DNA from: Gemmataceae bacterium
Lineage (GTDB): Bacteria > Planctomycetota > Planctomycetia > Gemmatales > Gemmataceae
Assembly: GCA_009697105.1 (NCBI GenBank)
Contig: SIAQ01000011.1
Span: 1,551 to 65,550 of the forward strand
Length of the DNA stretch: 64,000 nucleotides
Reading direction: 5' to 3'
A model generated the notes under the pieces. The model saw only the letters and a list, made by a program, of their open reading frames with translations, was not told where the DNA came from and searched no databases. A program made the translations under genes and the position numbers. Below, piece after piece: positions 42,939-51,011 of this stretch; the first letter of the stretch is position 1, and every line of letters starts with the position of its first letter.

Positions 42939-43385
42939 TTACGCCTTGAACGCTTTGGGCTGCTGCGCCTGGTGCGGGTGCTGCGGGCCTTTGTAAATCT
43001 TCAGCTTATCCATCTGCTTGCGGCCCTGCGGATTACGCGGCACCATGCGTTTCACTGCGAGTTCCAGAACGCGTTCGGGATGCTTTTCCATCATCTCGCT
43101 GGCCGGGACGATCTTCTGACCGCCGGGATAGTGGGAATAGCTCTGGTACGATTTCTGTTCCAGCTTGCGGCCGGTGAATCTGATCTTTTCGACATTGGTG
43201 ACGACGACGAAATCACCGGTATCTTGGTGCGGCGTGTACTGCGGCTTATGTTTGCCACGCAGAATCGTTGCAATCGTTACAGCCAGGCGACCGACAACCA
43301 TATCGGTTGCGTCGATAACCCACCACTGCTGCTCAAAATTGCTCGGGATGCCGTCGGCATCCGTCTTTGCCATATATGTTGCCAT
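42939..43385 (-). CDS. rplM: 50S ribosomal protein L13
   Basis: WWVIDATDMVVGRLA..IA..LRGKHKP.YTPH.D.GD.VVV.N. The start could be 43385 or 43373. Confidence 0.95.
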   Translation of the reverse strand: MATYMAKTDADGIPSNFEQQWWVIDATDMVVGRLAVTIATILRGKHKPQYTPHQDTGDFVVVTNVEKIRFTGRKLEQKSYQSYSHYPGGQKIVPASEMMEKHPERVLELAVKRMVPRNPQGRKQMDKLKIYKGPQHPHQAQQPKAFKA

Positions 43386-43494
43386 GATTGGATTCCGAAT
43401 CTCAATATCCTGGGCCTGTTTGGAAATATATACCATAAGAGAGTGCAAACGATTCGTCAAGGCAACCTGGCAACATTTTGGTCCACCTGGTTTT

Positions 43495-43582
43495 GTTTAG
43501 CCGCTCGCCTTTGGCGAGCGCGGACTTGAGGCCAACTCGAAATTCAGCCGCGCCCGTGCTCGCTAAAGGCGAGTGGCTAAAC
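43495..43582. repeat. Family C element
   Basis: GTTTAGCCGCTCGCCTTTGGCGAGCGCGGAC ... GCCCGTGCTCGCTAAAGGCGAGTGGCTAAAC. Confidence 0.85.
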
Positions 43583-43596
43583 AAAGAGGATCCCCA

Positions 43597-44469
43597 ATGG
43601 CACACGGCACTTTTCGCATTGGCGATTTGACGGCGATCATCGGCGACAATGCGGCCCACGAGCAGCACCGCGCCGGGTACAACGGCGTCTGGAGTCTCAC
43701 GCATCGGCAGGAACCGACGAACCTCTTCGTACCCGCCGTCGCTGGGCTGAACTTCGAGCATATCTTTGACGGCGAACGCTTCGACCGCGATCGCACCAAT
43801 ACGATCTTCTTCGAGCCGCGCAACGCGCCCATGACCTATCGCCAAGTATCCGACAACGAGGCTGAGCTGCACCAGGCCCCTACGCCGACGTTCCGTCTCG
43901 AAAGCTGGACGCGATTCCGCCTTGTTGCGCCCCATTTCATCGACATGACGTTTCGCTTCATGCCGCACCAGCATTTGTTTGCGCATGGCTACATCGGCCT
44001 ATTCTGGGCGAGTTATATGAATGCTCCCGAAGACAAAAGCATTTACTTTCGCAGCGGCCGCGCTTGGCAGCAACTCTGCACGCAGCGACATAACGATGAG
44101 AGCACTGTTCGTCATGTGGACGACAAACTCGAATTACGATTTCACAAAGAGTTCCCGCAGTGTCTGTTTCGCAATTTCTCGCCGATGCGATTTGATGAAG
44201 CGTTCTACTACGGCCAATTTCGCAATATGACGGCGATTCTTATGTTCGAGCGTCCCGAAGGCGTCCGCTTCACGCATTCGCCGTCTGGCGGAGGGATGAA
44301 CACCCAGCTGCAAACGACGAACCCGGCCTGGGATTTCCAATATATCATCCCGCGATACGAATTACGTAGGGAATACAGCTTCCGCGCTCGGCTTGCATAT
44401 CGGCCACGCTGTACGCGTGAGCAAATATTGCAGGAATTCGCCGCCTGGCGGAAGTCGCTTGCGGGCTAA
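43597..44469 (+). CDS. Hypothetical protein (290 aa, no family recognised)
   Basis: SD AGAGGA upstream of ATG 43597. Coding-like composition. No TM segment or signal peptide. Confidence 0.55.
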   Translation: MAHGTFRIGDLTAIIGDNAAHEQHRAGYNGVWSLTHRQEPTNLFVPAVAGLNFEHIFDGERFDRDRTNTIFFEPRNAPMTYRQVSDNEAELHQAPTPTFRLESWTRFRLVAPHFIDMTFRFMPHQHLFAHGYIGLFWASYMNAPEDKSIYFRSGRAWQQLCTQRHNDESTVRHVDDKLELRFHKEFPQCLFRNFSPMRFDEAFYYGQFRNMTAILMFERPEGVRFTHSPSGGGMNTQLQTTNPAWDFQYIIPRYELRREYSFRARLAYRPRCTREQILQEFAAWRKSLAG

Positions 44470-44474
44470 GTTCG

Positions 44475-44527
44475 CCCTTGCGGCTTTGCGATCAAGAAAT
44501 TTCATGTGAGCGCGAAGCCGCAAGCGG
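44475..44527. repeat. Degenerate family D element
   Basis: CCCTTGCGGCTTTGCG ... GAGCGCGAAGCCGCAAGCGG. Confidence 0.45.
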
Positions 44528-44558
44528 AATACGGGAACCATAACCAAAGGAATATCGA

Positions 44559-45185
44559 ATGAGCACCGTATCCATGCCTGTGAAACGCCATGCCTTGGGG
44601 CTGCCCGCGGGTAGCATTCGCGCCGCCCACGTCATCGGGGTCGTCGCGCTGAGTTGTGCGATCATCGTTGTGCCCTCGCGCGGCGTCGTTGCGATTCCAC
44701 CATACCTGATCTATCTATTGTTCCTGTTGATGGGCCACTATTTCGCCGCCCACGGCGTGACGATCGCGATGCGCGACGATCCATCGCCATCACCGTTGTA
44801 CCTGCCCGGCGGCGTCGTGCGAGCGCTCATCATCATCGCGCTCGGGGGCAGCATCGGCTGGAAACTCTACGACAACATGCCTGGACTTCGTGATCAGTTC
44901 ACCGAGTCACTCAAGGGGTTGCAGGACCAACCCTACTTGCCTTTGGTGATCCTCGGCGGTTTCTTCCTCGGCGCGATCATTCGCGCACTCGTCGGTCGCG
45001 ACAACCCGCCGCGGCTTTGGCAGGACCTTGAAGCGTGGATATCGCTCGTCGGCCTCGCTGGGTTGTCGATCGCGGCAGTTATCCATCTCGTCGTGCTGAC
45101 GAGCTTGGCCGAGTCGATCATGATGCCAACCTGGGAAGGCATGGTCGGTGGTGTGGTCGCCTTTTACTTCGGCGCACGGTCGTAA
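44559..45185 (+). CDS. Hypothetical polytopic membrane protein
   Basis: 208 aa with about 5 TM helices. Confidence 0.55.
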   Translation: MSTVSMPVKRHALGLPAGSIRAAHVIGVVALSCAIIVVPSRGVVAIPPYLIYLLFLLMGHYFAAHGVTIAMRDDPSPSPLYLPGGVVRALIIIALGGSIGWKLYDNMPGLRDQFTESLKGLQDQPYLPLVILGGFFLGAIIRALVGRDNPPRLWQDLEAWISLVGLAGLSIAAVIHLVVLTSLAESIMMPTWEGMVGGVVAFYFGARS

Positions 45186-45191
45186 TTTAAC

Positions 45192-45322
45192 GTGGGTTCC
45201 CAAACTCCAGTTTGGGAACCCACGTCCCCGAAACTCCGTTTCGCGATCGTGTAAATCGTACGGAATCCATGAGGCGAAACGGAGTTTCCCGAACGCCCGT
45301 TCCCAAACAGGAGTTTGGGAAC
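45192..45322. repeat. Family I triple-hairpin element
   Basis: Hairpins GTGGGTTCCCAAACTCCAGTTTGGGAACCCAC, GAAACTCCGTTTCGCG...CGAAACGGAGTTTC and GTTCCCAAACAGGAGTTTGGGAAC. Sister copy at 59343. Confidence 0.85.
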
Positions 45323-45335
45323 GAGAAAAGCACAG

Positions 45336-46850
45336 ATGAGCGAAACAATGATCCCGGAAAACTCTCCCGCGTTGCAACTTGCCTTTGAACGTGCCTCCCG
45401 CCGCGCGCTCGACGAAGGCGTCGGCGAAGTCGCGGGCCGCCATCTCCTCGTCGGCCTATTGGCGGAGGACGAAGGCAAGCCGGCGTCGCTAATCATGCAG
45501 TTTGGCGGCGATTGGCCGGCGATCCAGGCGGAACTCGGGCTGCCTTTCGCTTTCGATTCAAATCCCGCTGTCGCGCCACAGCATGCCTCCCTGCGCATTA
45601 TCATGCTCAAGGCCCGCGAAATCGCCAGCCGGCAGGGCGACGAGGGCAACATCTCCACCGATCAAGTCCTCTTCGCGCTGCTCACGCTTAATGCCGAGCT
45701 TCGTGAATTGCTCGAAAAGCACGGCCTCGATTTGGCTGGGATGAAAGGCGACATGATCCCCGAACTGACGCCAATCACTTTGGATGAGCCGCTCAACTTC
45801 GATGAACCACCCGAACAGGTTAATGTGGCCCGAATCCTCGACGCCGGCGCCAACCGCGCCCGCGAGGCGCTGCGCACGCTTGAGGATTATTGCCGCTTCG
45901 CCCTCAACGACGCGATGATGACTCGGCTCTACAAAGACCTGCGTCACTCCTTCGCCGATGCCGTCCAGCTACTGCCCGCGAGCCTTCTGTTGCAATCGCG
46001 CGACACGCCGGGCGATGTCGGCACGTCGATTAGCACGTTCAACGAATGGGAGCGCCCGACGCTGCTGTCGGTCGCCCAGGCCAACGCCAAACGCTTGCAG
46101 GAATCGCTGCGCAGTCTCGAAGAATTTGGCAAAACGATCTCGATCGAGTTCGCCCAGCGTGTCGAAAAAATCCGCTATGAAAGCTACACGCTCGAACGAA
46201 CGCTTGTTCAAGGCGAAAGTTCGCGTGAACGGCTCGCCAACGCCAGGCTTTATCTGCTGGCTACCGATGCGTCATGCCGAATGTCGCTCGTGGGAACCGT
46301 GAAGGAAGCGGTTCTGGGCGGCGTGCAGATCGTGCAGCTTCGGGAAAAGGGGCTGAATGACCGTACGCTGTTGGCGTACGCTTACGATCTTCGTCAAATC
46401 ACGCGCGACGCGGGCGTGCTCTTCATCATCAACGATCGGCCCGATGTCGCACGACTTGCCGAAGCCGATGGCGTGCACCTTGGCCAAGACGATATGCCGA
46501 TCCGCGAAGCACGCCGAATCGTCGGCACACAGATGATGGTTGGCGTAAGTACCCACAATCTCGACCAGCTTCAGCAAGCGATTCTCGAAGGCGCGGACTA
46601 TGTGGGCATCGGCCCGACGTTCGGCTCACACACGAAAGAATTCGATAATTTGGCGGGATTGGACTACGTTCGAGCTGCCTGCGAAGCGACATCTCTGCCG
46701 GCATTTGCGATCGGCGGCATCAACGTGGAAAATGTGAAAGAGGTCATCGCCGCCGGCTGTCGCCGAATTGCTGTCAGCCATGCGATTTGCGCCGCCGAGG
46801 ATCCACGCCGCCTGTCGCGCTCGCTTCGATATCTGCTCGACGGCGTGTGA
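45336..46850 (+). CDS. thiE: Thiamine-phosphate synthase with N-terminal Clp_N-like repeats and a ThiD2-like middle domain
   Basis: C-terminal ThiE motifs VQLREKGL, INDRPDVA, GVHLGQDD, GVSTH, YVGIGPTF and AIGGI. The N-terminus has two repeats of the Clp R-domain type (GRHLLVGLL; TDQVLFALL). Confidence 0.8.
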   Translation: MSETMIPENSPALQLAFERASRRALDEGVGEVAGRHLLVGLLAEDEGKPASLIMQFGGDWPAIQAELGLPFAFDSNPAVAPQHASLRIIMLKAREIASRQGDEGNISTDQVLFALLTLNAELRELLEKHGLDLAGMKGDMIPELTPITLDEPLNFDEPPEQVNVARILDAGANRAREALRTLEDYCRFALNDAMMTRLYKDLRHSFADAVQLLPASLLLQSRDTPGDVGTSISTFNEWERPTLLSVAQANAKRLQESLRSLEEFGKTISIEFAQRVEKIRYESYTLERTLVQGESSRERLANARLYLLATDASCRMSLVGTVKEAVLGGVQIVQLREKGLNDRTLLAYAYDLRQITRDAGVLFIINDRPDVARLAEADGVHLGQDDMPIREARRIVGTQMMVGVSTHNLDQLQQAILEGADYVGIGPTFGSHTKEFDNLAGLDYVRAACEATSLPAFAIGGINVENVKEVIAAGCRRIAVSHAICAAEDPRRLSRSLRYLLDGV

Positions 46851-46913
46851 ACCCTTCGACGCTGAAAATCGTCAATATTTGCAGCGGTTTTGCAAACACC
46901 CATAGTCGCGCTC

Positions 46914-46937
46914 GGCCAACGATGCTAGAATTATCCG
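46914..46937 (+). promoter_or_regulatory. Promoter-like motif GGCCAACGATGCTAGAATTATCCG (TAGAAT at 46926-46931) upstream of tRNA-Thr
   Basis: The TAGAAT box ends 17 nt before the mature tRNA 5' end. A near-identical motif lies at 6506-6529. Confidence 0.35.
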
Positions 46938-46948
46938 AGCCACAAACC

Positions 46949-47020
46949 GCCGCCTTAGCTCAGTGGTAGAGCAATGCTTTCGTAAAGCATAGGTCCTGGG
47001 TTCGAATCCCAGAGGCGGCT
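46949..47020 (+). tRNA. tRNA-Thr (anticodon CGU)
   Basis: Hand-folded cloverleaf: acceptor GCCGCCT/AGGCGGC, D stem GCTC/GAGC, anticodon stem ATGCT/AGCAT with loop TTCGTAA, T stem CTGGG/CCCAG with TTCGAAT. No encoded CCA. Confidence 0.95.
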
Positions 47021-47022
47021 TT

Positions 47023-47079
47023 GAAATACAACGCGGAGCGTTGTGCTACATTGTGGCGCAACGCTCCGCGTTGTATTTC
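47023..47079. terminator. Long hairpin between tRNA-Thr and convergent miaB (GAAATACAACGCGGAGCGTTG ... CAACGCTCCGCGTTGTATTTC)
   Basis: 21-bp perfect stem flanked by T/A runs. It overlaps the miaB stop codon. A bidirectional terminator is plausible. Confidence 0.5.
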
Positions 47080-48541
47080 ATCCCACTAACGGCAATGAAA
47101 TACGATCATTCTTCGTGATCGTAGCACTGGGCACCTCGCAGCAATCCTCGCGAATCTCGTCAACGCCGATCCGTTCGCCGGTGACCGCGTTGCCGAACAG
47201 CGTGAACGAAGTCGCATCGACGATATCGATTTCGATGCTCGCGCCGATGAGCCGAGGGTTGCCATCGAATACGACGATATGATCCGACGGCGTTCGGCCT
47301 GTCAACTGCAACGGCCCGGCGGCGTGCTTGAGCGCGTTCTTGCTCGGGCCTTCCACCAACACCTCGACACGCTTGCCGATGAATGCGCGATGGTCCGTCA
47401 GGCTCGCTGCGTTTTGAATCATGAGTAGGTCGTTGTTGCGGCGTTTCTTCACTTCCTCGGCGATGTCATCCGCGTATAACTCATGCCCCTTGGTTCCGGG
47501 CCGCGTGCTATATTTGAAGATGAAGCTGTTCTTGAATTTTCCATCGCGCACGAGATCGCAGGTCTTCTGGAACGACTCCTCCGTCTCCCCCGAAAAGCCG
47601 ACGATGAAATCGCTGCTAACCGCGACGTCGGGCACGATCTCTCGACAGCGAGCGAGCATGTCGCGGTAGAACTCCACGGTGTACATTCGCTTCATGCGTT
47701 TCAGCACTTCATTGCAGCCCGATTGCGCGGGCACATGCAGATACGGCGAGACCTTCGGCAAATCGCGCACCGCATGTAGCAGGTCGTCGGTCATGTCCTT
47801 CGGATAGTTCGTGATGAACTTGATGCGCTCAATGCCCGGCGTGTCGTGAATCCGCGCGAGCAGGTCCGAAAGTGCCGACGAGCCGTGATGATAGCTGTTG
47901 ACTGTCTGCCCGAGCAGCGTGATCTCTTTGCAGCCTTCACCGGCGAGCTGTCGCACCTCGGCGGCGATGTGCTCCGGCGGCCGGCTTTGCTCGGGGCCTC
48001 GCACGGCGGGGACGATGCAGTAGGTGCAGAACTTGTCGCACCCGATCATGATGCGGACAAATGCCTGAAACGGATTGGGCCGCATGGAGGGATCGCGCGA
48101 TGGATCATAGCTCTCGAAGCTGCGTTCGACTTCGTGGCGGGCTTCGGTGCGATCGAGGCTGAGTGCGAGTTGCAACGTGCCGGTCTCGCGTGCTGCGGTG
48201 ATGAGCGTCGGCAGCTGTGCGAGCTGCCCGGTGCCGCAGATGATATCCACATGCGGCGCTCGCTTCTTGATGATCTCCTGATCCTTCTGCGCCATGCAGC
48301 CGAGCACACCGATGATGGCATCGGGCCTGGTGTTTTTGAAGAAGCGCAATCGGCCGAGGGCGCTATAGATCTTGTCCTCCGCGTGCTGCCTGACGCTGCA
48401 GGTGTTGAAGAGGATGACGTCAGCATCGTCGGTCGTCTCGGTGAGCTGGTAGCCCTGCCGGCGCAAACTGCCCACGACCAGCTCGCTATCGAGCACGTTC
48501 ATTTGGCAGCCGACCGTTTCGAGGTAGAGTTTTTTTGGCAT
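47078..48541 (-). CDS. miaB: tRNA-2-methylthio-N6-dimethylallyladenosine synthase
   Basis: N-terminal ETVGCQMN, radical-SAM CDKFCTYCIVP, and a TRAM C-terminus. Confidence 0.95.
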   Translation of the reverse strand: MPKKLYLETVGCQMNVLDSELVVGSLRRQGYQLTETTDDADVILFNTCSVRQHAEDKIYSALGRLRFFKNTRPDAIIGVLGCMAQKDQEIIKKRAPHVDIICGTGQLAQLPTLITAARETGTLQLALSLDRTEARHEVERSFESYDPSRDPSMRPNPFQAFVRIMIGCDKFCTYCIVPAVRGPEQSRPPEHIAAEVRQLAGEGCKEITLLGQTVNSYHHGSSALSDLLARIHDTPGIERIKFITNYPKDMTDDLLHAVRDLPKVSPYLHVPAQSGCNEVLKRMKRMYTVEFYRDMLARCREIVPDVAVSSDFIVGFSGETEESFQKTCDLVRDGKFKNSFIFKYSTRPGTKGHELYADDIAEEVKKRRNNDLLMIQNAASLTDHRAFIGKRVEVLVEGPSKNALKHAAGPLQLTGRTPSDHIVVFDGNPRLIGASIEIDIVDATSFTLFGNAVTGERIGVDEIREDCCEVPSATITKNDRISLPLVG

Positions 48542-48634
48542 AGTTATGATTCATGCAATGCGGGGTGTCGCAACGGCCCACAGCGCGAGTATTGAAGTCA
48601 CGCATTTTTATGCACCGAAGGTGCCACAACAAAT

Positions 48635-48778
48635 CAGCCCAGGGCAACGCCCTGGGAAAACGGATCACCAACAGGCCGAGCCCTGTAAGGGCGAAATTGA
48701 CTGAGCCGACGACTGTTGTGCCCTTTCAGGGCGAGATACCTTGGTTTTGGCCCAACCCCAGGGCGTTGCCCTGGGCTG
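48635..48778. repeat. Complex nested palindrome (outer CAGCCCAGGGCAACGCCCTGGG / CCCAGGGCGTTGCCCTGGGCTG; inner GCCCTGTAAGGGC and GCCCTTTCAGGGC hairpins)
   Basis: Read directly. Single copy in this window. Confidence 0.75.
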
Positions 48779-48828
48779 GTATGTGCAAGCCTTTCAGGCT
48801 TTAGAAAGCACATATCACACTTCGCTCG

Positions 48829-49110
48829 CTATTCGGATTCATCGTCTAGCTCCTCGCTGAACGCATCGAAACCAGTGAAGTCTTTGTCGTTGCGATAGAT
48901 TTTCTCTGCCAGCGCCGCCGACGCCGCCAGTATCGCTCGTCGCTCCTCGCGTGGAAGTTTGCGAAGCTCGGTGGGGCTCATTCGCCTCGGCGTGGGATTC
49001 GCTCCGTGCATATCATCCTTGACATATATTTCCACGTGCGAACCTTCCTTCAACGGCGAGGCAGGCACAATGAATCCGTTGGTAACGATGCCTGTGATGA
49101 TTGCGGACAT
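48829..49110 (-). CDS. Antitoxin-like small protein (DUF104-like N-terminus), no adjacent toxin
   Basis: MSAIITGIVTNGFIVPASPLKEGSHVEIYV, then LPREERRAILAASAALAEKIYRNDKDFTGFDAF and an acidic tail. The family call is from memory. Confidence 0.5.
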   Translation of the reverse strand: MSAIITGIVTNGFIVPASPLKEGSHVEIYVKDDMHGANPTPRRMSPTELRKLPREERRAILAASAALAEKIYRNDKDFTGFDAFSEELDDESE

Positions 49111-49200
49111 AGCTAGAATCCCCTTTCATAGGCTTATTGTAACGAAGTGTACTCGTCGTCGGAATTTGAATCCAAAGATTCGGCAACCAACGACAACAAC

Positions 49201-50160
49201 TCACCTCGCCTCACCCGCCATCCGTGCACCCGGCGGGATCGAGTTGCCACGCAGGAAATCGCGTGCGGACATGCGGCGTTTGCCGGCGGGTTGGAGTTCG
49301 GCGATCTCGACCTGAGTGTCGTTGCCGCATTGCACGATCAGGCGATCACCGAGAGCATGGACGGCTCCGATCTCGCTCTCGCCCGCTGAGGAATCTAGCT
49401 TGGCGATATTGACAATCAACCGCAACGGTTCCAATTCGGGGCGAACCAGATACGTGTACGCCGTCGGCCAGGGGTGCATGGCGCGGATTTGGTTGCACAC
49501 GTCTGCCGCCGGGCGCGACCAGTCAATTAGGCCATGCTCCTTGGTGAGCTTTGGAGCTTTCGTTGCGAGGCTCTTGTCTTGTGGCGTGCCGGCGACCGGG
49601 CCGAGCGCGAGCCTGTCGACAATGTCGATTGCGAGCTTCGCGCCGAGCGGGCCGAGGCGAGCTTCGAGCTCGCCGGCGGTTTCGGTCGGCAGGATGTCGA
49701 TCGCTTCTTGGGCGAGTATATCACCGGCGTCGAGGGCGATGGACATGCGGATGATCGTCACGCCGGATTGCGTTTCGCCGTGGTAGATCGCCCAGTTGAT
49801 CGGAGCGGCGCCGCGGTATTTGGGCAGCAGCGAGGCGTGTACGTTGATCCCGCCTTTTGGTGCCACACTAAGAACTTCTTTGGACAGAATTTGTCCGTAG
49901 GCAGCCACGACGAGCAGTTCAGGCGACAATGCGGTCAACGCCGCTACGCCGTCGGGCGTGTTGATGCTTTGTGGCTGCAAGATCGGGATGCCGCGGGCGA
50001 GTTCCTTCATCGTGTTGCGTGCTTGCCGCGAGGACGCTCTTTCTTTTCCGATGACGCGATCGGGCTGCGTGACGAGGCCGACGACGGTGTGCGTGCTGGC
50101 GAGCAGCCGCGCAAACGTCGGTTCCGCGAACGATCCGGTTCCCATCATGACGATACGCAT
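49201..50160 (-). CDS. fmt: Methionyl-tRNA formyltransferase
   Basis: MRIVMMGTGSFA, HASLLPKYRGAAPI. Confidence 0.95.
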   Translation of the reverse strand: MRIVMMGTGSFAEPTFARLLASTHTVVGLVTQPDRVIGKERASSRQARNTMKELARGIPILQPQSINTPDGVAALTALSPELLVVAAYGQILSKEVLSVAPKGGINVHASLLPKYRGAAPINWAIYHGETQSGVTIIRMSIALDAGDILAQEAIDILPTETAGELEARLGPLGAKLAIDIVDRLALGPVAGTPQDKSLATKAPKLTKEHGLIDWSRPAADVCNQIRAMHPWPTAYTYLVRPELEPLRLIVNIAKLDSSAGESEIGAVHALGDRLIVQCGNDTQVEIAELQPAGKRRMSARDFLRGNSIPPGARMAGEAR

Positions 50161-50180
50161 GGCGTTGGTACTTCATTCTT

Positions 50181-50234
50181 CCGCTTGCGGCTTAGCGCTC
50201 GCATCGACCATTCAGAGCGCTAAGCCGCAAGCGG
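50181..50234. repeat. Family D element in the def-fmt intercistronic gap
   Basis: CCGCTTGCGGCTTAGCGCTCGC ... GAGCGCTAAGCCGCAAGCGG. Confidence 0.85.
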
Positions 50235-50252
50235 CAAAGGCAGATTCACGTT

Positions 50253-50837
50253 CTAATGCAGCGACTCCAAGGCCGCCAGGAGTTTTTCGATATCGACGTC
50301 CGGTGGGATTTCGCCCTTCTGCTGAGCGGTGCGAAACGTTTTCTCAAATGTCTTCACCGACGGCTTGGCGGCGAACTTCGCCAACGGGCCCATCATGTCG
50401 ATGAATAAGATGCCGTTGAGATGGTCGATCTCGTGTTGCCAGGCTCGCGATTCGAGATCGCTGGCGACTTTTTCGACGAGTTCGCCCTTTAGATTGTACG
50501 CTTGCACCTTGATCGTCTTCGCCCGGCGAACATCCTGGTACAGGCCCGGAAAGCTCAGGCAGCCTTCCTCGTCTTCCATCCAGCCTTTGCGTTCGACGAT
50601 GCGAGGGTTGAGGAAGACTTCCTCGCATTCGGGCTTGTTCGGGTCGCCCGTGACGTTCATCACCAACAGCTGAAACGGCAACGCAACCTGCGGGGCGGCC
50701 AGGCCCAGCCCCTTTGCTAAGTACATCAGTTCCTTCATCTCGCCGATCTGCAGGTGAAGATCCTTGTCGATCGCCATCACCGGCTTCGCTTTGTGACGCA
50801 AGGCGGGATGAGGATAGTGCACGATTTTGCGCGGCAT
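50253..50837 (-). CDS. def: Peptide deformylase
   Basis: GLAAPQV, EGCLSFPG and QHEIDHLNG motifs. Confidence 0.95.
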   Translation of the reverse strand: MPRKIVHYPHPALRHKAKPVMAIDKDLHLQIGEMKELMYLAKGLGLAAPQVALPFQLLVMNVTGDPNKPECEEVFLNPRIVERKGWMEDEEGCLSFPGLYQDVRRAKTIKVQAYNLKGELVEKVASDLESRAWQHEIDHLNGILFIDMMGPLAKFAAKPSVKTFEKTFRTAQQKGEIPPDVDIEKLLAALESLH

Positions 50838-51011
50838 GTCGGAACCTAATTAAAACGTACTTATTCTGGGCAGTATTATTATAGCTCGAATAACGCGACA
50901 TGAACCAGTGCAGAATATGCCATAATCATGCGAGACTTTCCGCTCGCGGTTCGGCGATCACGCGGGACGATCCGAGCACTCTGCCGCAAGCGGAAATACA
51001 AGAACGGGAAT

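Noticed and set aside
45186-45335. TPP riboswitch upstream of thiE
   Set aside because: I looked for the conserved CUGAGA / ACCUGAUCUGGAUAAUGCCAGCG-type core and did not find it. The leader is fully explained by a family I repeat that also occurs upstream of an unrelated gene.
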